DNA of 64,000 bases from Desulfatiglandales bacterium (GTDB lineage Bacteria; Desulfobacterota; DSM-4660; Desulfatiglandales; Desulfatiglandaceae): positions 4,832,001-4,896,000 of the forward strand of contig OY759599.1 in NCBI GenBank assembly GCA_963662465.1. Direction: 5' to 3'. The position numbers and the translations under genes are program-made. The notes beneath the pieces were generated by a model. That model was not told the origin of the DNA and made no database searches. It was given only the letters and a program-made list of their open reading frames with translations. The first letter of the stretch is position 1. Every line of letters starts with the position of its first letter. Positions 38,211-47,790 of the stretch are shown here, piece after piece.

Positions 38211-40556
38211 ATGACTTCTGAAAAGCATTCCGATAACAACACGTGTTCCTTCATATCCCACACCCCTGTATTTGCTTCTCTACCGGCGAAGGAACTTCAG
38301 CATTTATGCGAAAATTCAACAAAAGAACAGTACCCGAAAGGTTTTATCCTGTGTCGGCAGGATGACGCCTCCCTTGAAAAGGTCTATATTATCGAAAGTG
38401 GATGCTTGGAACTGTATTTCGATGAAGGCGGGGAAAAGCGACTGCGGGGAACGCTCCGCGAGGGAGATGTTTTCGGCGGCATCGCTATTTTGATGAACGG
38501 GGGGAAGTCGGTCAGAACCGTCATGGTGCAGAACGATGTCGCCCTTTATGTGCTGAGCAAAGAGATTTTTATCGATATCTGCACCAGATACCCGTCATTT
38601 TACACCTTTTTCGTGGAAACCTTTCACGGTCGAATGCTCGAAAAATCCTATGCCGCCATTTTCCAGACAAGCCAGGTTGGTCATTTCCTCTCTGGAATCG
38701 CGCCTTTTACCTTTCTTCCCGAGGATGTTTTGAAGGAAATTTTAAGAGAGTTTTCCCTTGTTCATTATTCCGGGGGCACCCGGCTTTTTTACCAGGGAAA
38801 ATCGAAGGTCGAGTCCCTTTATATCATCCAAAAAGGCGCGGCTGAACGTTACTACGAGGAGGGTGAAAAAAAGATATTGCGCGGAATGCTGGGAGAAGGG
38901 GACATGTATGGCGGGATTAGCATGTTGATCAACAACGGCATATCCATCCGCTCTATCCGGATTCTCGAAAACACCTATTTTTACATCCTTCCAAAAGCGG
39001 TCTTTTTGAAACTCTGCGGTGAACATGAAGCCTTTGCGGAATATTTTACGGATGCCTTTGGGAAAAAAATGATGGACAGGTCTTATGCCGCCATCATCAA
39101 GAACCACGCCAACGCCGTTGATTCAGAAACACAGTTTTTTAACCTGCAGGTGGAAAATATTTTTCACAAAGATATTCTTTCCTGCGGTGAAAATACCACC
39201 ATTCAAAAGGCAGCATCGCTTATGAGCGATGAGAAGTGCAGTTCCATCTTTATAAAAAACCTGGAAGGGGATTATACCGGTGTTGTCACGGATACGGATC
39301 TTCGAAAAAAAGTGATCGCAAAAGGGCATGACATTACCGCCCCCATAGCAGACATCATGAGTTCCCCCCTGCGCAGCGTTCAGATGGATTCAATGGTATC
39401 GGAAGCGTTGCTGGAAATGATGGAGACCAACCTCAAACACCTTGCCGTCAGGGATCGGCAAAGCAAGGTTGTGGGAATTGTCACCAACAGGGATCTGCTC
39501 ACAGCTCAGGAACAGTCTCCGTTTTTTATCGTTCGGGAACTCGCTTCGGCCTCCGGTATGGATGAGATTATTGATAAGCAAACAAGAATGCCGCGGTTGA
39601 TTCAGAATATGATCAACAACGGCGCAAAAGCCAAGACCATTACCCGGCTGATCAGTTCCATATCCGATGCTATCCTGGAGAAACTGATCGGATTTGCCCT
39701 CAAGGAATTGGGACCGGCGCCCACTGAATTTGTTTTCCTGATCATGGGCAGCGAAGGAAGAAACGAGCAGACACTGAAAACGGACCAGGACAATGCCATC
39801 ATTTATGCGGATGTCGGCAAAGCCGAATCCAGTGCCGCAAAGGCGTATTTTCTGGAACTCGGGGAACGGGTCTGCACATGGCTTGATCAGGCCGGATACG
39901 ATTTCTGCAAAGGGGAAATCATGGCAAAAAACCCTAAATGGTGTCAACCGCTTTCCATGTGGAAACGGTATTTTTATTCATGGATTCGTGTTTCAACGCC
40001 GAAAGATCTGATGCAATCCAACATATTTTTCGATTTGAGAGGCGGGTGTGGAAATATCGAACTCGTTGACGAATTACGGCTGTTTCTGTTTGAATCTCTG
40101 GAGGGCTGGACAAGATTTTTCAGGGATCTTGCCGTCAACGCCCTTGGCTTCAAACCCCCTTTAGGATTTTTCAGAAATTTTGTCGTGGAATCCAAAGGCG
40201 AACACCGCAACAAACTTGACATCAAAAAATCCATGACGCCCATTGTGGATATTGCGAGAATTTACGCACTCAATCATAACATCTCCGAAACCAATACCCA
40301 GGAAAGGCTGTATCGCCTTTACCTGGAAAAAGTGCTGAACGAAGAAACGTATAACGATCTCAATCAGGCCTACAGTTATCTGATGCATCAAAGATTGAGC
40401 TGTCAGATCAAAAACATCCTGGACGGAAAAAAACCGAATAACTATATCGATCCCAGCAAACTTTCACGCATGGACCAGACCATGCTCAAAGAAATATTCA
40501 AACGAATTGAGGGCATGCAAACCAAGTTGCGCCTGGATTTTACAGGTGCGGCGTAA
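38211..40556 (+). CDS. 2x cNMP-binding + CBS pair + DUF294 nucleotidyltransferase-like protein
   Basis: Two cNMP repeats (EGDVFGG, EGDMYGG), GVVTDTD/GIVTNRD CBS, GSEGRNEQTLKTDQDNAII intact, LDIKK. Confidence 0.9.
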   Translation: MTSEKHSDNNTCSFISHTPVFASLPAKELQHLCENSTKEQYPKGFILCRQDDASLEKVYIIESGCLELYFDEGGEKRLRGTLREGDVFGGIAILMNGGKSVRTVMVQNDVALYVLSKEIFIDICTRYPSFYTFFVETFHGRMLEKSYAAIFQTSQVGHFLSGIAPFTFLPEDVLKEILREFSLVHYSGGTRLFYQGKSKVESLYIIQKGAAERYYEEGEKKILRGMLGEGDMYGGISMLINNGISIRSIRILENTYFYILPKAVFLKLCGEHEAFAEYFTDAFGKKMMDRSYAAIIKNHANAVDSETQFFNLQVENIFHKDILSCGENTTIQKAASLMSDEKCSSIFIKNLEGDYTGVVTDTDLRKKVIAKGHDITAPIADIMSSPLRSVQMDSMVSEALLEMMETNLKHLAVRDRQSKVVGIVTNRDLLTAQEQSPFFIVRELASASGMDEIIDKQTRMPRLIQNMINNGAKAKTITRLISSISDAILEKLIGFALKELGPAPTEFVFLIMGSEGRNEQTLKTDQDNAIIYADVGKAESSAAKAYFLELGERVCTWLDQAGYDFCKGEIMAKNPKWCQPLSMWKRYFYSWIRVSTPKDLMQSNIFFDLRGGCGNIELVDELRLFLFESLEGWTRFFRDLAVNALGFKPPLGFFRNFVVESKGEHRNKLDIKKSMTPIVDIARIYALNHNISETNTQERLYRLYLEKVLNEETYNDLNQAYSYLMHQRLSCQIKNILDGKKPNNYIDPSKLSRMDQTMLKEIFKRIEGMQTKLRLDFTGAA

Positions 40557-40566
40557 TCCCGGGTTT

Positions 40567-43266
40567 TTAATTCCCACCCGGCCCCACCGTGACCAAAACG
40601 TATCGGTCGGGAAGGATAATCTCCTTCACCGCCTCGTTAACATCCGTCAGCGTTACAGACTCGATCTTTTGGATGTACTTGGGCATGTGGTCATAGCCCA
40701 GGCCGTAAAGCTCGTCCAGTCCCATCTGCATCGCCTGACTGCCGTTGGTCTGCATGCCGATTTTAAGGTTGCCCAGGAGATACCGTTTGCCGGATGCCAG
40801 TTCTTTGTCGGTTAGACCTTCCTCCCTGAGAAGTGCCAGTTCGTGAAAAACGGCCTCTTGGGCCGGCGGCAGCTTGCTCGGATCGCAGGCCAGATAGACG
40901 CCGAATGCCCCTGTTTCAAGTCCCGGACTTCTGAAAGCAGTGATGGTATAGGCCAGGCTCCGGTTGTCCCGGAGCCTGGAAAAGAGCCTGCCCCCCATGC
41001 CCGAAAGGGCCGTATCCACCAAGGCCATGGGTGCATTGAGATTACTTTTGAGATCGGCGCCGAGGTATCCCACCGATAGGTGCGTCTGAGCTCCCGGTCG
41101 TTCCAGGTGCGCTTTTCTGGGGCCGGTCAGGGGGAGCGCGGGCTTAATGGCGGGCAGGGCTTTGTGAGAAGGCTGAAGAGGATCAAAAAGTGTTTTCAGG
41201 AAAGGGATCAACGGGTCCCGGTCCAGATCACCCACAATGGTCAACACAAAATTTGAAGGGATACGGATGGATTCATACCAGTTTTCAAGGTCCTTCCGGG
41301 TGATGGCGGAAATGGTTTCCCGGGTCCCCGTAGCCGGGTGTCCATAGGGGTAATGGGGATACAGGGTTTTGTAAAACAGTTCAAAGAGCTGGCCCGTGGG
41401 CCGATCCTTCTTAGCTTTGATGGCCGCCAGGATGTCTTCCCTGACTTTTTCAATTTCCGCCGGCGGAAAATTCGCATGCAGGATCAGGTCGGACAAAAGT
41501 TCCAGACCCGCGTAAAGGTCCTTGCTCAGAAATTTCCCGGAGATGCCCAAACTGTTCCTCCCGGAAAATCCTTCCAGGCTTCCGGCCCAGGATTCCACGG
41601 TGGCGGCGATCTGGGCCGCAGTCCGCTTTTTTGTTCCCCGGTTCAGCATCTCAGCCACAAATCCTGAGATACCCCACTCTCCGGTCTTTTCAAGTCGTTT
41701 CCCTCCCAGAAAGACCCCCAGGATGGACACTTCCGGTAAACGGTGATTTTCCTTTATGATGATGCGCATGCCGTTTTTTAAAACGAGCATTTCAGCGGGC
41801 TGCCGAGCCTCTAAAACAGATTTTCCCCGGGGTTGTTCTTTGAGACTGCCGTCTTTGAAAAGAGACAAAACCACGTCCGTCTCAAGATCAATCTTCACAC
41901 CCTCCGGGGCCATGAAACCGATGGAAAGGTTTTCCGGTCTCAAATAGGTTTTTGAAACACGAAGAACGTCATCGGCGGTGACCTTTTTCACATTCGACAG
42001 ATACCGGTCGGCATTAAACATGTCGCCGGTCATGGTCTGGAAAAACCCCAGGGTCTTCGCCTGCCCTGCCATGTCATCCATATCAAAGATAAACGAGGCT
42101 TCGGCTATGGTTTTGGCCTTGCTGAGTTCCCGCTGAGACACCGGGTTATGGGTTAATTCGGTAATTTCCTTCCCAATGACGGCAAGGGCCGGGTCCAGGT
42201 TCTCGGGATGGAGGGTCGCATCCACGGAAAAGAGACTGGGATCTGCCAGGGCATAGGCCCCGCCGCTGACATTGTAGACCAGATTGGCATCCATTTTAAG
42301 GCTTCGATAAAGCCGAGAGGTCCTGCCCTGCCCCAGAATAATTTCCAGTACATCCAGCGCATAGGCATCTTTATGGGTCAAAGAGGGAATATGCCAGGAA
42401 AGATCCAGATAAAGCTGTTGAACCCGATGGTTCAAAATGGTTTTCCTCAGTTCAGTTTGAGGCGGTTCCTGTATCCTGGATGGCGTGGCGCCGGTTCGTT
42501 GTGGAAAATTTTGAACGAGGGCTTTGATAGACGCAAGGGCTTTTGACGCTTGAAAATCCCCCACCGCAACCACAACCATGTTCCGGGGGGTGTACCATTT
42601 GTCCATGTACTTCATTATCATGGGCCGGTTAAAGGACCGAATGGTTTTTTCATAGCCGATAATAGGCCTGCCATAGGGATGTTTCTCATAACACAAGGCC
42701 ATCATGGCCCAGCTAAGTTGGTTTTCTGGAATATCCAGAGAACGTCGGTACTCCTCGAGAACCACCTCTTTTTCTTTTTTCAGCTCCTCCGGATCAAAAA
42801 GGGAATGCTGGACCGCATCGAGCAGTACATCGAGACCTTTGTCAAATTGGGCGCTGTCAATTTCCACGAAATAGACCGTGCGATCAAATGACGTATAAGC
42901 GTTGATTCGACCGCCCGATGTTTCGATGGTTCGGGCAATTTCACCGGTTTTTTTGGTTGGCGTTCCCTTGAAAATCATGTGTTCGATCTGATGGGTAATC
43001 CCTGCCTCTTCGGCGGTTTCATTGGCGCTTCCCGTTTTGACCCAGACCTGTATGGCCGCCACGGGGGCATGATGGTCTTCCTTGAGGATGACGGTCAAAC
43101 CGTTTTCAAGGGTGATCCTTTCAGCCCCTTCGGTGACGGATTCAGCATGGCCGCGAACGACAAAAAGCATGCTCAAAACGATCCACGGCAACAGAAAAGA
43201 AACGACAAATGGAAAATTAATCGCTGTCTTTTTTTTATTAAAGACTTTCAAGGCATTAGCCTCCAT
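40567..43266 (-). CDS. M16 (pitrilysin) family zinc peptidase with N-terminal signal/anchor
   Basis: HQIEH inverzincin motif, NAYTS, HPYGRPIIG, duplicated second half lacking HxxEH; start 43266 or TTG 43251. Confidence 0.9.
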   Translation of the reverse strand: MEANALKVFNKKKTAINFPFVVSFLLPWIVLSMLFVVRGHAESVTEGAERITLENGLTVILKEDHHAPVAAIQVWVKTGSANETAEEAGITHQIEHMIFKGTPTKKTGEIARTIETSGGRINAYTSFDRTVYFVEIDSAQFDKGLDVLLDAVQHSLFDPEELKKEKEVVLEEYRRSLDIPENQLSWAMMALCYEKHPYGRPIIGYEKTIRSFNRPMIMKYMDKWYTPRNMVVVAVGDFQASKALASIKALVQNFPQRTGATPSRIQEPPQTELRKTILNHRVQQLYLDLSWHIPSLTHKDAYALDVLEIILGQGRTSRLYRSLKMDANLVYNVSGGAYALADPSLFSVDATLHPENLDPALAVIGKEITELTHNPVSQRELSKAKTIAEASFIFDMDDMAGQAKTLGFFQTMTGDMFNADRYLSNVKKVTADDVLRVSKTYLRPENLSIGFMAPEGVKIDLETDVVLSLFKDGSLKEQPRGKSVLEARQPAEMLVLKNGMRIIIKENHRLPEVSILGVFLGGKRLEKTGEWGISGFVAEMLNRGTKKRTAAQIAATVESWAGSLEGFSGRNSLGISGKFLSKDLYAGLELLSDLILHANFPPAEIEKVREDILAAIKAKKDRPTGQLFELFYKTLYPHYPYGHPATGTRETISAITRKDLENWYESIRIPSNFVLTIVGDLDRDPLIPFLKTLFDPLQPSHKALPAIKPALPLTGPRKAHLERPGAQTHLSVGYLGADLKSNLNAPMALVDTALSGMGGRLFSRLRDNRSLAYTITAFRSPGLETGAFGVYLACDPSKLPPAQEAVFHELALLREEGLTDKELASGKRYLLGNLKIGMQTNGSQAMQMGLDELYGLGYDHMPKYIQKIESVTLTDVNEAVKEIILPDRYVLVTVGPGGN

Positions 43267-43307
43267 GTGAGTTTTTTGGCAGATATTGCACTCCTTTTTA
43301 GCTTGAC

Positions 43308-43376
43308 ACACAACATGTGGTGCATGTAAAAAGGTGTTCCTATCAAACGGGTATTTACTTTTATCATCTATGGTGT
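43308..43376 (+). promoter_or_regulatory. Tandem NrdR-box-like operators upstream of nrdJ
   Basis: ACACAACATGTGGTGC (43308-43323, abutting TTGACA 43303-43308) and TTATCATCTATGGTGT (43361-43376), 53 bp apart. Confidence 0.6.
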
Positions 43377-43441
43377 CGCTTAATGCCAATTTGTGGCTCA
43401 TAAACGACCATAAAACTATAAACATGAACAGGAGAATGTCC

Positions 43442-45934
43442 ATGGGTCAGGAAAGCAAGATTGTTTTTACGGAAGGGGACGCTTTTGATCTGGGTTCTTA
43501 CAGCTGGGATGACCACCGATTTTCCGATCTTCTAATCAAAGAACACCCCATTAACCCGGATCAGGCCATGGACGTCAGTCGGTTTATCAGACGGGAGATT
43601 GCCAAGCTCGAGCGACAGACCATCACCATGGAGATGATCGAACAGATGATCGATGCCAAACTGCGTGATTTCGGTTTTTCCAAATCAATGCATGTTCGAT
43701 TGGACAAGTCATTTTTTATCAAGAGAGGCCTTGCGCTTTCCGACAACGCGGTTCGCGTTCTGGAGAGACGATACCTGAAGCGCGATAAGGAAGGGCGGGT
43801 TATTGAAAGTCCGGAACAAATGTTTGCTCGCGTAGCAGCCTTTATCGCCAAAGCGGAGAAGCGATACGGCGGAGAAGAGCGGGTAGATAAGGTGGAGGCC
43901 GTTTTTTACCGCTTGATGACGGAGTTCAAATTCCTGCCCAATTCTCCCACCCTGATGAACGCGGATCGTGAGCTGGGGCAACTGGCGGCATGTTTCGTGT
44001 TGCCCATTGAGGACAGTATGGAGGGGATCTTTGATTCACTCAAAAATGCCGCCCTGATTCACAAGTCCGGCGGCGGCACCGGGTTTTCCTTTTCCCGTTT
44101 GAGGCCCAAAAAAAGCCGAGTGGGCACCACCGGCGGCGTTGCCTCGGGTCCCGTGTCTTTCATGAAGATTTTCAATACAGCCACGGAACAGGTTAAGCAG
44201 GGCGGTACGCGAAGGGGCGCCAATATGGCCATTCTGAGGGTCGATCATCCGGATATCATGGAATTCATTCAGTGCAAGGAAAAGAACGACGACCTGAATA
44301 ACTTCAATATTTCAGTGGGCGTTACCGACGCCTTCATGGAAGGGGTTCAGACCGGTTCGGATTATGATCTGATCGACCCCAGGGACAGCCAAACCACGGG
44401 TCATCTGAACGCGGGGGACGTTTATGGCGCCCTCATCGAGCGCGCCTGGGAAAACGGGGATCCGGGCATCGTGTTTCTGGACAAGGTCAATCAGGATAAT
44501 CCCACACCGGGCCTGGGGGAGATCGAGAGTACGAACCCCTGCGGCGAGCAGCCCCTTCTGCCCATGGAGGCGTGCAATCTGGGGTCCATCAATCTGGCCC
44601 GGTTCGTTGTGGAAACCGACGAAGGTCCGGCCGTTAATTACGGTGAACTCAAAGAAGTGGTTTGGGAGAGCGTTCATTTCTTGGACAATACCATCGACAT
44701 GAGCAGGTATCCCCTGCCGGAAATCGGTGAAATGGTGCGGGGAAACCGCAAGATCGGCTTGGGCGTCATGGGCTTTGCCGATTTGCTCTACCAGTTGAGA
44801 ATTCCCTATGATTCCGAAAAGGCCCTTGAAACAGCCGAGGTCGTTATGGCGTTTATTCAGAAAGAATCCCACCGGGCATCCCAACGCCTGGCGGAAGAAC
44901 GGGGGGTTTTCGGCAATTTTGACAAAAGCGTTTTTAAAGGGCGAAAGGAATGCTCCTACCGGAATGCCACCACCACTACCATTGCACCCACCGGCACCTT
45001 GAGCATCATTGCCGGCTGTTCCAGCGGCATCGAGCCCTTGTTTGCCCTCAGTTTTGCCAGGGATGTCATGGATCATGATCGATTGGTGGAAACCAACCCA
45101 TACTTTGAACGAAGGGCCAGAGAAAAGGGTTACTACAGTGGGGAATTAATGGATGCCGTCGCCCGAAAGGGGTCTATCAGAGGGCTTAAAGAGATCCCCG
45201 AAGAAGATCGGGCCGTTTTCACAACGGCCCATGACGTGGCGCCGGAGTGGCATGTGCGGATGCAGGCGGCCTTTCAAAAATATACGGACAATGCCGTCAG
45301 TAAAACCGTCAACCTGCCCCGGGATGCGACCATTGACGATGTGAAAAAGGTCTATGATCTGGCCTATTCCCTGTCATGCAAGGGCGTTACCATATACCGG
45401 GACGGCAGCAAGGAAAATCAGGTCCTTTCCTTTACGGAAAAGGCGAAACAGCCCCATGGCCGGTTCATGACCGCCGTGGAAGAACGTCCGGAAACACTCT
45501 TTGGGTTTACCACCAGAATGACCACGGGTATGGGGGCACTCTATGTGACGGTGACCGAGTTTGAAGACCGGCCCTTTGAAGTGTTCGCCACCATCGGGAA
45601 ATCCGGTCGGTCCACCACCGCCAAGACCGAAGCCATCGGCAGGCTGGTTTCCCTGGCGCTTCGGTCCGGGGTTCGAGTGGAGAAAATTGTGGAACAATTG
45701 AAAGGCATCGGCGGTGAGCATCCTATTTTCCAAAAGGACGGCCTCGTCCTGTCAATCCCCGATGCCATCAGCCGGGTACTGGAGAAACGGTACATGCAGG
45801 ATCAGCCTGCCAATGGACGGAGCAAAAACGAAAAAAGCCTGTTGGGTGAGACCTGCCCCGAATGCGGCCAGACCATCAGTTTCGAAGAAGGCTGCATGAC
45901 CTGTCATTTCTGTGGCTTTACCAAATGCGGTTAA
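43442..45934 (+). CDS. nrdJ: Vitamin B12-dependent (class II) ribonucleotide reductase with C-terminal TSCPD-like domain and zinc ribbon
   Basis: PNSPTLMN, QLAACF, GGTRRGANM, TNPCGEQ, EACNLGSI, IAPTGT, SIPDAI, CPECG...CHFCG. Confidence 0.94.
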   Translation: MGQESKIVFTEGDAFDLGSYSWDDHRFSDLLIKEHPINPDQAMDVSRFIRREIAKLERQTITMEMIEQMIDAKLRDFGFSKSMHVRLDKSFFIKRGLALSDNAVRVLERRYLKRDKEGRVIESPEQMFARVAAFIAKAEKRYGGEERVDKVEAVFYRLMTEFKFLPNSPTLMNADRELGQLAACFVLPIEDSMEGIFDSLKNAALIHKSGGGTGFSFSRLRPKKSRVGTTGGVASGPVSFMKIFNTATEQVKQGGTRRGANMAILRVDHPDIMEFIQCKEKNDDLNNFNISVGVTDAFMEGVQTGSDYDLIDPRDSQTTGHLNAGDVYGALIERAWENGDPGIVFLDKVNQDNPTPGLGEIESTNPCGEQPLLPMEACNLGSINLARFVVETDEGPAVNYGELKEVVWESVHFLDNTIDMSRYPLPEIGEMVRGNRKIGLGVMGFADLLYQLRIPYDSEKALETAEVVMAFIQKESHRASQRLAEERGVFGNFDKSVFKGRKECSYRNATTTTIAPTGTLSIIAGCSSGIEPLFALSFARDVMDHDRLVETNPYFERRAREKGYYSGELMDAVARKGSIRGLKEIPEEDRAVFTTAHDVAPEWHVRMQAAFQKYTDNAVSKTVNLPRDATIDDVKKVYDLAYSLSCKGVTIYRDGSKENQVLSFTEKAKQPHGRFMTAVEERPETLFGFTTRMTTGMGALYVTVTEFEDRPFEVFATIGKSGRSTTAKTEAIGRLVSLALRSGVRVEKIVEQLKGIGGEHPIFQKDGLVLSIPDAISRVLEKRYMQDQPANGRSKNEKSLLGETCPECGQTISFEEGCMTCHFCGFTKCG

Positions 45935-45952
45935 AATTGACGTAATTGTTCA

Positions 45953-45976
45953 CAGGGTGCAGTTGTCAGGAGGCAG
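45953..45976. repeat. CAG-N4 heptamer repeat, same family as 20151-20216
   Basis: CAGGGTG CAGTTGT CAGGAGG CAG; AGGGTGCAGTTGTCAGG is the reverse complement of part of 20194-20216. Confidence 0.7.
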
Positions 45977-46148
45977 ATTGACACATTCGTTTTTTTCCTA
46001 CCAGCATGGCAATCTCCCAAAAGCTGATTGATGCCACACTCAGTTGACCGGATACCAGGGCCCAATCTATGGTTTGCAAAGCCTTTTCTCCCAGTCGCGG
46101 ACTTCCTTCATCCAGCCATACAAGTGCGTGTGTGTCAAGAATCAGCAT
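45966..46148 (-). pseudogene. vapC: Truncated PIN-domain (VapC) toxin
   Basis: LILDTHALVW...SISFWEIAML stops after 60 aa; C-terminal PIN acidic residues missing. Confidence 0.8.
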
Positions 46149-46371
46149 TGGATGCATCCCAGTCAATATCCAGGGGGGCGATCAGATCGTCTTTGCTCTG
46201 CATTTTTCCTTTGTGCAAACCAAAAAGCGTCTCCGGTATTGTGCGATAGGCCCTCAGGACGGAAACAGGTGTCCCGTTTTTTGTGATTGTGATTTCTTCC
46301 CCCGTCCGGTTTACCTCATCCATCAGGTGCAGGCATTTTGCTTTGAATTCCGATGCCTTTATTGTTTGCAT
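46135..46371 (-). CDS. Phd/YefM-family antitoxin
   Basis: MQTIKASEFKAKCLHLMDEV...ITKNGTPV; GGAGG RBS; overlaps vapC. Confidence 0.88.
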   Translation of the reverse strand: MQTIKASEFKAKCLHLMDEVNRTGEEITITKNGTPVSVLRAYRTIPETLFGLHKGKMQSKDDLIAPLDIDWDASNADS

Positions 46372-46459
46372 GTTACAATCCTCCGATGCATTCATTTCAA
46401 TGGGGTAGTCAGGTTGTCCCTCCTTGTTTCTTGTTCTTTCTAAAGTGTATGTTGGCCGA

Positions 46460-47743
46460 CTACTCTTCCCTTTTGACGGCCCGGTAGCCGATGTCCCGTC
46501 GATAATAAACCCCATTCCAATGGATCTTTCCAGCCAAATCATAGGCCCTGAACTGGGCCTCGCTCACGGTTTCTCCCAGGGCCGTGGCGCAAAGCACCCT
46601 GCCGCCGCTGGTGATGACCTGATCATCCTTCAAAGCGGTGCCCGCATGAAAGATTTTCGCCCCTTCCACCTCCCCTTGGGAAAGCCCCGTAATGACATCG
46701 CCTTTGTGATAACTTACAGGATATCCGCCGGCAGCCATCACGACCCCCAAAGCGGCCCGGTTATCCCACTTTACTTGAATTTGATCCAGACGTCGTTCCA
46801 TGGCCGCCAGGCACATTTCCGCCAGATCCGACTGAAGCCGTAAAATAATGGGCTGGGTTTCCGGGTCCCCGAATCGGCAGTTGTATTCCAGCACATTGGG
46901 AGTGCCGTCGCCGGATATCATCACCCCCGCATACAGGAACCCCCGATAAGGATTGCCTTCCCCGGCCATGCCTTTCACCGTGGGTTCAATGACCGCCTTC
47001 ATGATGCGTGCATGAAGTTCCGGGGTTACCACCGGCGCCGGCGAATAGGCGCCCATCCCCCCCGTATTGGGCCCAAAGTCTCCATCATCCCGGGCTTTGT
47101 GGTCCTGGCTGGTGGCCAGGGGGAGAATATGTTCACCGTCCACCATCACGATAAAACTGGCCTCTTCTCCTTCCAGGCATTCCTCCACGATAATGCGTTT
47201 GCCCGCATCCCCAAAGGATTCCCCCGACAGCATGCCTTTCGCCGCATCAACGGCTTCGGTTTCGGACCTGGCAATAATCACCCCCTTGCCCGCGGCCAAA
47301 CCGTCGGCTTTCACCACCAGGGGGGCGCCCTTTAGCGCGATATAGGCCTTTGCCGACGTAAGATCCGTGAAGGTTCGATATTCGGCCGTGGGGATATGAT
47401 GGCGGGCCAGAAAATCCTTACAGAAAACCTTTGACCCTTCCAGTTGGGCAGCGCCCTTGGTGGGACCAAAGCATTTTAGCCCTTCGCGGTCGAATCGATC
47501 TACAATCCCCTGAACCAGGGGCGCTTCCGGCCCCACAAGGGTTAATTCAACATTGTTTTTTTGGACAAAATCCAGAAGACCTTCGATGTCATCCGAACCG
47601 ACCGGGATATTTTCCACCCCGGGTTCCCGGGCTGTTCCCGCATTGCCCGGCGCCACAAACACTTTTTCCACTTTATTTGACTGGGCCAGCTTCCAAGCCA
47701 GGGCATGCTCTCTGCCCCCGCTGCCCACTACCAACACTTTCAT
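46460..47743 (-). CDS. purD: Phosphoribosylamine-glycine ligase
   Basis: GSGGREHAL, GPEAPL, KADGLAAGKGV, GPNTGGMG, RFGDPETQ. Confidence 0.97.
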   Translation of the reverse strand: MKVLVVGSGGREHALAWKLAQSNKVEKVFVAPGNAGTAREPGVENIPVGSDDIEGLLDFVQKNNVELTLVGPEAPLVQGIVDRFDREGLKCFGPTKGAAQLEGSKVFCKDFLARHHIPTAEYRTFTDLTSAKAYIALKGAPLVVKADGLAAGKGVIIARSETEAVDAAKGMLSGESFGDAGKRIIVEECLEGEEASFIVMVDGEHILPLATSQDHKARDDGDFGPNTGGMGAYSPAPVVTPELHARIMKAVIEPTVKGMAGEGNPYRGFLYAGVMISGDGTPNVLEYNCRFGDPETQPIILRLQSDLAEMCLAAMERRLDQIQVKWDNRAALGVVMAAGGYPVSYHKGDVITGLSQGEVEGAKIFHAGTALKDDQVITSGGRVLCATALGETVSEAQFRAYDLAGKIHWNGVYYRRDIGYRAVKREE

Positions 47744-47790
47744 AATATGGTTCCTTTCCGAAGCAAATGTATGACTCCGTTAGCTAACGG

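Noticed and set aside
43267..43443. Overlapping N-terminal extensions of the M16 peptidase and nrdJ in the ORF track
   Set aside because: RBS positions and promoter/NrdR-like boxes show this is intergenic DNA.
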